From IMG/VR virus record IMGVR_UViG_3300033076_000568, positions 1-26,952 of that record: 26,952 nucleotides of DNA. The stretch is one strand, 5' to 3'. The translations under genes and the position numbers were made by a program. Source of the stretch: a virus. Its lineage: Duplodnaviria; Caudoviricetes. The notes beneath the pieces were generated by a model. The model ran no database searches and was not told the DNA's origin. It saw only the letters and a program-made list of their open reading frames with translations. This document shows, piece by piece, positions 17,491-26,752 of the stretch (within the stretch, counting starts at the first letter, position 1; every line of letters begins with the position of its first letter).

Positions 17491-17687
17491 TACTTTTTAG
17501 TTTTATAACCACCACCTTTAGCTTTATATTCTTTAGCTAAGAGTTGTGCTTTTCTAGCGGACCATTCACCTGGATCACCACCTTTAGTACCAGCTTTAAT
17601 TCTCTCAAAAAGAGATTTACGCATACCAGGCTTAGTGTACACACCAGCCTGGTTTACTTTGCTTTTAGTTGTTTTTTTAGTTGCCAT
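17490..17687 (-). CDS. Small basic protein, N-terminal half of a DUF5872-like family, 65 aa
   Basis: YTKPGMRK...IKAGTKGGDPGEWSARKAQLLAKEYKAKGGGY. Start moved to the ATG at 17687, which overlaps the upstream TAA. Confidence 0.8.
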   Translation of the reverse strand: MATKKTTKSKVNQAGVYTKPGMRKSLFERIKAGTKGGDPGEWSARKAQLLAKEYKAKGGGYKTKK

Positions 17688-18700
17688 TAGCTGTTCCAAA
17701 ATTTCTCACAGGCTTTGTTAAGATCTGTTAGAACATCCTCATTGAGTGGGTTCTTTAAATACTCAACTACATCTGATACATTTCTACCAAGCATTGCATT
17801 GGTTTTTGCATGATAGATGTAACCATCAGCCTTATTAATAATATACTTAAAAAATACGGAATCTCTTACAATTGATTTAATTTTAAGTGTTTCCATATCC
17901 ATATTTACAGCTTCAAGAAAAGACTTAGCAGCTCTTTCTTTGTTGCTTTCAACACCTTCACCATTAATGTACAAGTCCATGTTCTCATACATAACATCAT
18001 TAGGTGTTGACTTTCTATATTGTGTACTGTTACCATCTACTACTTTAGATACATAGAATAGTTTAGTACTGTTTTTGTCAAATAGTTTCTGAAGTTCAGA
18101 AAGTGCTTTGTTGCGCATTTTCTTGTATTCAGTTCTTGCAATAACAGTTTGCTCTTTTTTATCTAAGTAAAACTTAGGAGGAACTGCTCTTGATCTTGCA
18201 TCATCAAAACTTTTTGCTACAATAGAGAAACCACCTGCTTCAATAGCATATAGTTTAATTCTATCATATGGATCATTAGGATCTAAGAATACAGGTTCAT
18301 TACCACAAGATAAACTAATTCTATTCCAAAAATCTTTGTTATCAGGTTTAAGTAATTTTACTTTATTCCAGAACTGTGGATCCTCAATATCTAGAACATT
18401 AGCTGCTAACTCTGTTTCAAGTTCAGCAATTGCTGTTCTAATTTCTCTTATCCTTGCTACTTTGTCTTCACCTTTAAGAAGTTTAATCTCTGGTGCAAAT
18501 TCATTTAAACCAGTTAGATATCTTACTACTCCATTTTGCTCAAGACAAGCAAGTTGTTCAAAGTGCTTAACTCCATCATATAGAGATAAGCCATAATTTT
18601 CCAATCCCATATTAGAGACTGAGTTGTCAAAGAACGGACGGACAGCAATTGCTGTTGCTTTAGTAGCCTGTCCGGTTTGTACCATTGTGAAATTTTCCAT
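17687..18700 (-). CDS. Conserved post-capsid protein (crAss gene 75-like), 337 aa
   Basis: Directly after the MCP; YLTGL, FW, FLDPNDPYD.I and C-terminal LG....DVVEYLKNPLN pattern. Function unknown. Confidence 0.65.
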   Translation of the reverse strand: MENFTMVQTGQATKATAIAVRPFFDNSVSNMGLENYGLSLYDGVKHFEQLACLEQNGVVRYLTGLNEFAPEIKLLKGEDKVARIREIRTAIAELETELAANVLDIEDPQFWNKVKLLKPDNKDFWNRISLSCGNEPVFLDPNDPYDRIKLYAIEAGGFSIVAKSFDDARSRAVPPKFYLDKKEQTVIARTEYKKMRNKALSELQKLFDKNSTKLFYVSKVVDGNSTQYRKSTPNDVMYENMDLYINGEGVESNKERAAKSFLEAVNMDMETLKIKSIVRDSVFFKYIINKADGYIYHAKTNAMLGRNVSDVVEYLKNPLNEDVLTDLNKACEKFWNS

Positions 18701-18702
18701 GT

Positions 18703-18728
18703 TTTGTTGGTTTTATTATTTGTTGGTT
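18703..18728 (-). repeat. Two AACCAACAAA boxes in the leader of the 337-aa gene
   Basis: Plus strand tttgttggtt at 18703-18712 and 18719-18728. Confidence 0.8.
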
Positions 18729-18738
18729 AAATATAAAG

Positions 18739-18766
18739 AAAAAAAGGGAGGAGTTTCCCCCTCCCT
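18739..18766 (-). terminator. Intrinsic terminator after the major capsid gene
   Basis: Minus strand AGGGAGGGG-GAAA-CTCCTCCCT-TTTTTT: GC-rich stem, GNRA tetraloop, U-tail. Confidence 0.85.
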
Positions 18767-18783
18767 ATCCTTTCTAGTTTAGA

Positions 18784-20400
18784 TTAGAATGATCCACCAG
18801 TTACAGGGTTTCTCATAACAATTTTCAACACTTTAGTTGGGTCTTTAACCCAGATAGCTGGCATTGTTTGGCTCATCATTACACGGTAACCATTGAACTG
18901 ACCAGAAGACTGGAAGCCTTGGCTACGTCCCATGTAGTCCATAGTACCATTTTGATACCACCATTTCAATTGATTATCCCAAGACAATTTCAATAAGAAG
19001 ATATTGTCATTAGTATTATCAGTGATGTCAAAGATAATGAATGAGTAAGAAGATAATGGGAAACCATCAATGATTGGGTTCTCAATATCATTTGTATGAA
19101 CATTGTCAAATGCTGGGTTAAGAACAAACTTAACATTTGCCAAGAATGGGATTACATATGAAGTATATGCAAATCCAAAGTTCAAGTCCATACCTTTACC
19201 AGTGATTGCACCGATATCAGCAGCCTGGATAAGAAGACCAGAAGAGATTGCTTCTTGCTTAATAGCCTCATTAACCATTCTCATACCACCCATACCAGTT
19301 TGTACAATCAAGCTACGTTTTGGATCTGGACCTTGGAACTCAACCTTACCATTGAAGAAGTTGTAGATCTCAGAACGGAACAAGTCAAGTGTGAAGTTAT
19401 TTTTGTTGTATATTCTTTTGAAAGAGTTATCCAACTGTTTCCAAAGACCCACAGACAATCTAAGATCATCTGGACCATCCTGACGTACTCTACCACCTTG
19501 ACCCCACATGAGGTAAGTTTCAATGTCAGTTGCAATTTTAGACAAGTGAGCAGCTTCCATTGATGTCAAGAATGTTCTTGATAAGTCACCATTGTCAAAT
19601 GCTTTTTTCACTTTGTCTTTACCCATAACTTTTACCATGTCTTCCAAAGAAGTGATAGATGGGTCATTAGTAGCACCGAAGTTTCTCCAGATCTCAGTTA
19701 CAGGAACTGTACCATCTGCATTCATACCACCTTTGATCATCAAGTCAGCACGGCTAGAGATAGAGTAGTGTACGTGAGCTTCTGCACCACCTACGTAGTT
19801 GTAGAATTCACGGAAACCTGCATTAGTGATGATGTCAGAGAATCTTTCACCATACTCACCTCTTGCAGAACCTTTACGGAATACTTTAGTACCATTAGCC
19901 AAATACTTGTTGTCAATGTATTTGTAGTTGTCATTGTTTACCAACTGAACAGTATAGATATAACCGTCACCTAATGGAAGAATATCTTCTGCAGTGATGT
20001 ACATCTCAACACCATTGTATTTGTCATAAGTGATGATATCACCATGTCCAAATTCTCTTTTGTTGAGTTTGATACGGAATGTAGTACCATCAACACCTTT
20101 AAAGTCATTGTCTGGTTCAACATCTTCAACAATGTAAGGAAGGTCAATAGAAACAGGAGTTTGCCATCTGTATTCCCCACGTGCGTTATCTACCATGATA
20201 ACATTTTTTCCACCAAATGATGACATTTGATAAAGAGGCATTTCAACCTTTTGGGACATAGCCCAAAGATCCACTGGACCCAAGTCCATTGGCTCTGCAT
20301 CTTTCAGCATGTTCACCAAGTGGTAAGAATCCACATGGGAACTTGCGTTGTAAGCGGTATCCCTAAGGAATATACCATTGTTCATTACTGGAGTTGCCAT
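18784..20400 (-). CDS. Major capsid protein (crAss-like), 538 aa
   Basis: Size and position after portal and scaffold; YRW, YTVQL, SVGLWKQL, IVQTGMGGM and IWVKDPTK motifs; biased codon usage; strong terminator downstream. Confidence 0.85.
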   Translation of the reverse strand: MATPVMNNGIFLRDTAYNASSHVDSYHLVNMLKDAEPMDLGPVDLWAMSQKVEMPLYQMSSFGGKNVIMVDNARGEYRWQTPVSIDLPYIVEDVEPDNDFKGVDGTTFRIKLNKREFGHGDIITYDKYNGVEMYITAEDILPLGDGYIYTVQLVNNDNYKYIDNKYLANGTKVFRKGSARGEYGERFSDIITNAGFREFYNYVGGAEAHVHYSISSRADLMIKGGMNADGTVPVTEIWRNFGATNDPSITSLEDMVKVMGKDKVKKAFDNGDLSRTFLTSMEAAHLSKIATDIETYLMWGQGGRVRQDGPDDLRLSVGLWKQLDNSFKRIYNKNNFTLDLFRSEIYNFFNGKVEFQGPDPKRSLIVQTGMGGMRMVNEAIKQEAISSGLLIQAADIGAITGKGMDLNFGFAYTSYVIPFLANVKFVLNPAFDNVHTNDIENPIIDGFPLSSYSFIIFDITDNTNDNIFLLKLSWDNQLKWWYQNGTMDYMGRSQGFQSSGQFNGYRVMMSQTMPAIWVKDPTKVLKIVMRNPVTGGSF

Positions 20401-20428
20401 TGTATATATTAATTTAAATTGTTACTAA

Positions 20429-21697
20429 TTAAAATCTCTTGAACAAATTATTTGGTCTAGAGAGTGTTTTTTGTGGCTTATTAGCCGTTCTTCTTGGTTC
20501 ATCAGACTCTTGAATAGATGAAGAAGTAATTTTTCTTGCCTCTTCAGTTTTCAATTGTCTAACTGTTTTTTCTACAGCTGCTTTTGAACCCTGTTCTTTA
20601 ATTTTACCTTTATATCCTTCAGGATCTGAAAGTAACCAAAGAGCTTCTGAAATCAAGTCATGTCTTGGTTCAACAAACTGATACTTTTCAAGAAGATGTC
20701 CTAATAAATTAGTTTGTCTTCCTGAAATAGATGGATAAGAAGGTTGAACTAAACCTGAGTATAACATGCTTTGTATTTTCTTGTCAAGTTTAATTCCATT
20801 TAGCTCACCGGTAACAAGTGTATTGTATACATTTTCAGTATATGCTTTTGCTTGTTGAGCTTGTTGTTCTTTCTTCTTTTCTTGTTCTGCAAGTTTTCTA
20901 GCTACAACTTCTTCTTGCATTCTATCTAACTTTGGTTTAAACTGTTGAGCTTTTTGCTCAAGTCTTCCTAAGTCAGCCCAGTCATTAATTTCTGCTTCAA
21001 TTTCTTCTGGTGTACCAAATCTTGTAGCATATAAATACTGTCTTGCAATTTCTGCTTGATCATATTCATTAGATGGATCTAGATCAATTACTTCTTCTAC
21101 TTCTGCAAGAGTTCTAAAAAGTGACTTAAGATCTGTACCACCATCAGCTACATATTTAGCTGCTACTTGAAGTTCTTCTGGAAGAGATTGAAAGAATTCT
21201 CTTGGAGTATCTTGTCTAATCTTATTTTCTCTTTCTTGAAAGTTAGCCTCAAACAATTCTCTGAAGTCTTTGGTAGTATATTCTTCTAATGGTTTATCAT
21301 CATCAAAAGGAATAAGTGTACCCTCTTCAATCATTTTAGCTGCTAACTCAGAGAGACCAGACTTATCAACTTTAGGTCTTCCTTTATTTCCAGTTTCTTC
21401 TTCTTGACTGATCATGTCATCAAGTTGAGCAATTGCCTGATCTACATCAGTAGATGTTGCATTAGTCTCATCACCGGTTTCATTACCTGCTTTAGGTGCA
21501 GGATTGTCAAGGAACGTAGTGTCTATATCTTTTGGTTTAGAAAAGACTGACGGTTGTTTATCCTCTTCTTTATCATCTGGTAGCATTACATTATCTGCAC
21601 CAGGCATTCCAAAGAGCTCATCAATATTTACATCTACTTGACCTACCGTTGTAGTGTCTTGTACCTGTTCTTCAGGATTTTTTGTTGGTTCTGACAT
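20429..21697 (-). CDS. Acidic coiled-coil protein, putative scaffolding protein (crAss gene 77-like), 422 aa
   Basis: Low-complexity D/E-rich N-terminus, helical E/Q/K-rich body, basic C-terminus; lies between portal and MCP. Confidence 0.65.
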   Translation of the reverse strand: MSEPTKNPEEQVQDTTTVGQVDVNIDELFGMPGADNVMLPDDKEEDKQPSVFSKPKDIDTTFLDNPAPKAGNETGDETNATSTDVDQAIAQLDDMISQEEETGNKGRPKVDKSGLSELAAKMIEEGTLIPFDDDKPLEEYTTKDFRELFEANFQERENKIRQDTPREFFQSLPEELQVAAKYVADGGTDLKSLFRTLAEVEEVIDLDPSNEYDQAEIARQYLYATRFGTPEEIEAEINDWADLGRLEQKAQQFKPKLDRMQEEVVARKLAEQEKKKEQQAQQAKAYTENVYNTLVTGELNGIKLDKKIQSMLYSGLVQPSYPSISGRQTNLLGHLLEKYQFVEPRHDLISEALWLLSDPEGYKGKIKEQGSKAAVEKTVRQLKTEEARKITSSSIQESDEPRRTANKPQKTLSRPNNLFKRF

Positions 21698-21708
21698 CTT
21701 TGTTGGTT
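21681..21708 (-). repeat. Two AACCAACAAA boxes flanking the scaffold start codon
   Basis: Plus strand tttgttggtt at 21699-21708 (leader) and 21681-21690 (codons 3-6). Confidence 0.8.
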
Positions 21709-21719
21709 TTGTTTATAAT

Positions 21720-21751
21720 TTAATATACAAATTAAACTTCAAATATTTAAA
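21720..21751 (-). promoter_or_regulatory. Putative promoter TTTA-N20-TATATTAA upstream of scaffold-MCP
   Basis: TATATTAA at 21720-21727; TTTA at 21748-21751 (one mismatch to TTTG). Confidence 0.5.
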
Positions 21752-21792
21752 ACAGAAATAATAATTTTTTGGACTATATAGCTATCTACTAA

Positions 21793-24537
21793 CTATTTCT
21801 TTTCAGTAGATTTTTTATCAAATCTATTTTTATTTTCTCTTGCTATTTGTAGTTGTTTATCTGCTATTTCTTTTTGAGCTTGAAGTTTTTGTCTTTCAAT
21901 ATCCATCTTCTGAGACTGTCTCATGTTCTCATTGTTCTGTTTTTCTCTTTGGAGATCTGTTTGTTGTTGATACTGTTCAGATTGTCTAATATCTTTCATG
22001 GCATCTTCATAATCAGATTCCATGTTTTTATTTACATCAACCATAGCTCCATATCCAGCAGATCTAATTTCTGCAACTAAGATATCTCTTTGTCTATCTT
22101 TTTCTTTTTCTAATGCTTGAGCATCAAGTTTCATTTTTTCAATCTCTTGTTGAGATTGCATTTGTTGCTGTTGCATTTGTTGTTGTTGTTGAAGCTCTTG
22201 TTGCTTCATAGCTTGTTGTTTTTCTTCAGAGTCCTTGAGTGCAGAACTTAATTCAGCAATAGATTCTGATTGAACAACTTTACCTAAGTCATAGATAGAA
22301 GCACCAGTAGTATTATTCTGCATTGCCATTTGTTTTAACTGCTCAAGAACAGCTCTATGGTTTGCAGTAGTACTACAGAAGATATTTAGATCTCTCATTA
22401 AGAGATCAGTACCATTAATCTCAAAGTTTACTTTTTCATCTGCTGTAGTTATATAAGATAATCTTGCAGAAGGTTTAGTTGAATTATAATACTGTGCTAA
22501 GTCAGTACGCATTTGGTGTACTCTAGGCATTAGATAATCACAGTGCTGAATAAAGAATACTTCCGTTTGTGCATAAGATGCTGCTGCAGCTTGTTCTACT
22601 CCGGTAGCAGTCATTTGGGATAATTGTTGCCCCATTCTCTGTGGGTTAACACCAATTACTTCATATGCTTGTTGCTTAAAGTGATTAGCAAGTTGGATTC
22701 TTGACATTAACCTAGTAGTTTGATCAAGATCCAATTTTTGGAAATGCTGAAAGTTTAATGCATTCTCTGTATTTGTAATAGATGTATCTAAAGGAAGAAT
22801 CTGGAAATTCTTCATTGCTACATAAGCATTAGCATAATTACCTTTACCCCAATCTTCTCCAAGTGAGTGCTTAGGTAAAGTATTTTGATCAAGCATAATT
22901 ACAGTACCTAATTCATCTACTAGAATATCTGCAATCTGATTGTTTACAATATTGTATCCAATCTGATATGGTTTCATTAAATCAATAAGTGCAGTAGATT
23001 TAGTATTTCTATCTGAGAATACAGAACCTTCTACTGGTAATTTGCAACCATATAAACTATTGTCACCTTTAAACTGAAACTTAAGTGGTCCAATATGGTT
23101 TTTCTGAATACCAATATAAACAGGACTAAAACCTCCAGGATTATTCATACCCCAGAATGAAGGAAGGTTTGGTCCAATTTTAATACCACCCCAAACTTCA
23201 TTTACCCAAATCCAATCAATATGTTCTCCAAATATTAGATTGTCTCTTGTCTTATTCTTAAACAATCTAGTATCATATATTGGCTTATCTGTTATCTTAT
23301 AGTCTTCAGTAATAATTTCAGTAATTACTTCACCAGCATCAGTTACCTTAGTAAGGTGACCAACTTTTCTTTGTGATTTCCAATATGCTGTAGTTACTCT
23401 AAGCAAATAAGCTTGACCCTGATCAAAATAGTCTTCTCCCTGTGAGAGTATTTGATTAATTATATCACCTCCATCATATACAGATCCTGCAACTGCAGAA
23501 GTATATTGTCTATAAGCAAGAGATGGCATATCTGTATTCCAATCATGTGATCTAGTAGCATCATAGAATGAACCATCATTTTGTATACCTCCAATGTTAT
23601 ACCCTGCAGATCTAATAGGATAAATAGCTTCTAATGCTGCAAGTTGTTCTTCTGTCATAATGTAACCGTACTTGTCAATTACATCTGATGGTGTTAACAT
23701 ATCAATCTTGCCTACCCAGTTACCTTGAGAGATATATCTTGCATCCGGAGATTTATGGTAAAATGTAACTACAGGATTCCAGAGCTCTACTTCATAATCA
23801 TCTTCCATCATATGAAAATGCCAGAACTCTCTATCAGTAATTAACATATCACGGAAACCCCTTTCTTCTAACTCATCCATTCTAAATCTCTCAACATCTA
23901 CTTTATGTTGATGTGTAGCCCATTCTTCAATCATAGATCTATAATCTTTTTTGAAGAACATTTCAATTTCAGGAAGAGTTTTTAATTTATCTGGTGCTAG
24001 TTGTTCTTGTGCTTCAGCTGATTCTGGATCTAGCCCTTGCTCAAGTAAAGCAGTAACCACTTTCATTTGAGCATCTGCAAGAAGAGTTTCTTCAACCATT
24101 AATCTCTTTTGCTCAAGCATTTCATTATATGAATGCTCATCAATAGCTCTATATGTTAGTTTAGTTGATCTCTTTGCAAATTCTGCTACAAGAACATTGA
24201 TAACATTTGGAATAATAGGGTAGAACTTAAGTTCTAATGCAGAAGGATCATCTTTAGTAAGCAGTTCAACAACATCTCTATACTCATTGTTCTCTTCTAC
24301 TATATAATCTGTTCTATCAATAATACCCTTTGCAAGTTTATAGTTTTTCATTAACCTGCGGGCATTTCTACGGATTTGTTTTAGACCATTCCATTCTAAC
24401 CAGTCAAGGTTCCATGCTGCCCATTCTTCATCCTTTTCTTTTTCAGGTAAAAACTGAAGTGGTTGTGTAACACTGCCAAGCCTGTTTTGCTCAACCTTAG
24501 CACCCTTCTTTAACTGTAAAGCATTATATACCTGCAT
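21793..24537 (-). CDS. Portal protein, 914 aa
   Basis: Follows TerL; YPIIPNVINVLVAE, WIWVNEVWGGIKIG, LIDLMKPYQ..YNI and GVNPQRMGQ motifs; long Gln/Glu/Lys-rich C-terminal coiled coil. Confidence 0.9.
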   Translation of the reverse strand: MQVYNALQLKKGAKVEQNRLGSVTQPLQFLPEKEKDEEWAAWNLDWLEWNGLKQIRRNARRLMKNYKLAKGIIDRTDYIVEENNEYRDVVELLTKDDPSALELKFYPIIPNVINVLVAEFAKRSTKLTYRAIDEHSYNEMLEQKRLMVEETLLADAQMKVVTALLEQGLDPESAEAQEQLAPDKLKTLPEIEMFFKKDYRSMIEEWATHQHKVDVERFRMDELEERGFRDMLITDREFWHFHMMEDDYEVELWNPVVTFYHKSPDARYISQGNWVGKIDMLTPSDVIDKYGYIMTEEQLAALEAIYPIRSAGYNIGGIQNDGSFYDATRSHDWNTDMPSLAYRQYTSAVAGSVYDGGDIINQILSQGEDYFDQGQAYLLRVTTAYWKSQRKVGHLTKVTDAGEVITEIITEDYKITDKPIYDTRLFKNKTRDNLIFGEHIDWIWVNEVWGGIKIGPNLPSFWGMNNPGGFSPVYIGIQKNHIGPLKFQFKGDNSLYGCKLPVEGSVFSDRNTKSTALIDLMKPYQIGYNIVNNQIADILVDELGTVIMLDQNTLPKHSLGEDWGKGNYANAYVAMKNFQILPLDTSITNTENALNFQHFQKLDLDQTTRLMSRIQLANHFKQQAYEVIGVNPQRMGQQLSQMTATGVEQAAAASYAQTEVFFIQHCDYLMPRVHQMRTDLAQYYNSTKPSARLSYITTADEKVNFEINGTDLLMRDLNIFCSTTANHRAVLEQLKQMAMQNNTTGASIYDLGKVVQSESIAELSSALKDSEEKQQAMKQQELQQQQQMQQQQMQSQQEIEKMKLDAQALEKEKDRQRDILVAEIRSAGYGAMVDVNKNMESDYEDAMKDIRQSEQYQQQTDLQREKQNNENMRQSQKMDIERQKLQAQKEIADKQLQIARENKNRFDKKSTEKK

Positions 24538-24542
24538 ATCTA

Positions 24543-26750
24543 TTATTTTAAGTTCTTAAAGGCTGACCTATTAAAAACTTGACCATTAATAACTTTAGAG
24601 CCTCCTCCCATATGACGGAATGGGGTTCTATCTAATTTAAACAAATTATTTGACTTTTGCAAGTTTTTAGAAGCATCATCCATTATAACTCTTTTTGAAT
24701 ATCCTCTGTTTGCTTGTTGTATTCTCATAAATGCAACTAAAGCTGCAAATGATACTAGTCTATCCACGTTAACCCCATCTGCATACTCTTGCATTTCTTT
24801 AAGTAACATTGGGTCAGGAATTCTTTCTATACCATATTTAGTTCTTACAATAGTTCCATCTGTTTTAGTTTCTACATCCAGTTCTTCTTTACAATATTCA
24901 ATTGCATAACTTAATAAGTGAGCCTTAAATAAAGTACCGGTGTTCTTCCAACCATACTCCTGGAACACGTTAGCATTAGCACCAAGATCTTTTAGGAAAA
25001 GAATCTGGCTCTTAGGCACCAAATACCTTTGTTTCTTTCTTGATATCATGTACTGAATAAATAGAGAAATGTTATTCTCTATTACTGTCCAAGCATTATA
25101 CCATTCTATTATTAGCTCTAGTCTCTGGTGAGTTTTATTAATGTCATCAAATCTACCACACCAAGCAGCTACAATCTTATCAGGTTCTATGTATGTTTCT
25201 GTTTCTCCCATAGTAACTTTAGTAACTTCTACAGGAGCTTTCATAATATAAATAGAACAGAGTGATTCTGATGTTGTTGTTTTACCCTCAGAAACAGGGT
25301 CAATAGATGCATAATACTGACCAAAAGTTGGATCTGCAATAGGTCTTTCCCATACTACAAGAACTCCTGTTTTATCTTCTAGTTTTTTAGATACTGGAAA
25401 TTCTTTAATAGGTTGTTTATCTGTAGACTTTACAGCAACCTTGCCATTCTCATCAGTAAAGATATCTAAGAACTCATACCCATATTCTTTGTCTTCAATT
25501 CTTCTTTGCTGTGCAGCAACTAAGTGAGTAGGGAATACAGATACAGATCTATGGGCAAATGCTTCTCTAATATTTCTAGGGTGCTGAGAGATCCTCAATT
25601 GGTAATCTTCTGGATTGAGTTCTTTTTTCCACTGTTCAAACTGTCTATCTAAAGCTTCTAAAGCTTCTTCTACAAGAGAGTTACCAAACTCATCAATATA
25701 GGGAGGCATTGACCACTGCTCAGGAATAAACAATCCTGACATACCAATAGTACCTTTCTCATCAATAAGATTTGTTTCAACTGCATAAACATCTTTTGAA
25801 AGTGGATTTAAGATCATATCTCTTAATGGTTCACATTGAGATAAGTCACCCACGGATCCTGCTGCAATGAACATACCTGTGGTAACCATACCTGATCTCA
25901 TGGCTGGGCGCATATACTCATATGTTTGGTCCATCTTAGGAGCAATACCTGCTTCCTCATGGAAGAAGTATTTTACCGGACCCCCTACACCATTTGTTGG
26001 ATCTTTCTCAAATGACATACCTTGTATAGTACCCTTGAGACCAACTTCTGTTTTTCTATCTCCTTTTCTTACTTCAATCTTCTGTTGCCACATCATCACC
26101 TTATCTGGTGACATAGGTCTATACCATGCTGTATGCTCATTTAAGAATGCGGCATATTCCTGTAAAAATTTCCAAGAACCTTTTTCATTGATATAATCTT
26201 TAAGTGATGCTCCAATCTTGAGAGTAACCCCTGCTTCAAACCACTGCTGATTTATAAGCTTACCCATATGGTAATAGGAAGATGCAATCTGACGTTTCTT
26301 TAAGATAGCAACATGTTTGTAGTTTAGTTCTGCTAATAGTTCATAAAGAGCCATATGATACTGGGCATCCCTAATTTTAGCAAATCCAAATTTTTGTTGT
26401 TCTTTATCAAAGATTGGTAAAAAGTTTAACCACATGTAATATTCTCTTGCAAGAAACCATGTACTATCTCCTTCTTTTACAATTATGCCTTTTCTGCATT
26501 TTGCTTTTTGGTCGTCCCAATAAGCTATAAAGTCTTTAGATTTGAAGGGGGCTGTGCAATATACTCCATCACTTCTAAACTTGTCTGATTCTGATACAAA
26601 TATCTTATTAGTAGTTTCATTGAAGCCGTACTTACCGGGTTCTTTGAAAACTCGAAATATGAAGTTGCTGAAGTCCTGTCTGGATTCAAAGTTTGTTGTT
26701 GTCCATGTTCCATTGTCATAGGTTGGTATGTCTTGATAAATTTCACTCAT
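24543..26750 (-). CDS. terL: Terminase large subunit, 735 aa
   Basis: Walker A-like ILKKRQIASSY, Walker B FFHEEAG, coupling motif AAGSVG, RNase H-like nuclease YASIDP, IENN and DRLVS. Confidence 0.92.
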   Translation of the reverse strand: MSEIYQDIPTYDNGTWTTTNFESRQDFSNFIFRVFKEPGKYGFNETTNKIFVSESDKFRSDGVYCTAPFKSKDFIAYWDDQKAKCRKGIIVKEGDSTWFLAREYYMWLNFLPIFDKEQQKFGFAKIRDAQYHMALYELLAELNYKHVAILKKRQIASSYYHMGKLINQQWFEAGVTLKIGASLKDYINEKGSWKFLQEYAAFLNEHTAWYRPMSPDKVMMWQQKIEVRKGDRKTEVGLKGTIQGMSFEKDPTNGVGGPVKYFFHEEAGIAPKMDQTYEYMRPAMRSGMVTTGMFIAAGSVGDLSQCEPLRDMILNPLSKDVYAVETNLIDEKGTIGMSGLFIPEQWSMPPYIDEFGNSLVEEALEALDRQFEQWKKELNPEDYQLRISQHPRNIREAFAHRSVSVFPTHLVAAQQRRIEDKEYGYEFLDIFTDENGKVAVKSTDKQPIKEFPVSKKLEDKTGVLVVWERPIADPTFGQYYASIDPVSEGKTTTSESLCSIYIMKAPVEVTKVTMGETETYIEPDKIVAAWCGRFDDINKTHQRLELIIEWYNAWTVIENNISLFIQYMISRKKQRYLVPKSQILFLKDLGANANVFQEYGWKNTGTLFKAHLLSYAIEYCKEELDVETKTDGTIVRTKYGIERIPDPMLLKEMQEYADGVNVDRLVSFAALVAFMRIQQANRGYSKRVIMDDASKNLQKSNNLFKLDRTPFRHMGGGSKVINGQVFNRSAFKNLK

Positions 26751-26752
26751 AT

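Noticed and set aside
17688-17699. Upstream start MEQL for the 69-aa ORF
   Set aside because: A non-ATG start inside the upstream gene; the ATG at 17687 in a TAATG overlap fits the local pattern.
22140-22225. (TTG)n-like repeat
   Set aside because: Simply encodes the poly-Gln coiled coil of the portal C-terminus.
5380-26196. All other short plus-strand ORFs in the track
   Set aside because: They lie antisense to long, well-supported genes and show no recognisable motifs.
3287-26746. Short nested minus-strand ORFs (3287, 9404, 12615, 19308, 19971, 26525)
   Set aside because: Out-of-frame overlaps with real genes; no supporting signals.
18784-26750. Introns or inteins in TerL, portal or MCP
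   Set aside because: ORFs are continuous and of ordinary size; no splice-junction or homing-endonuclease motifs seen.
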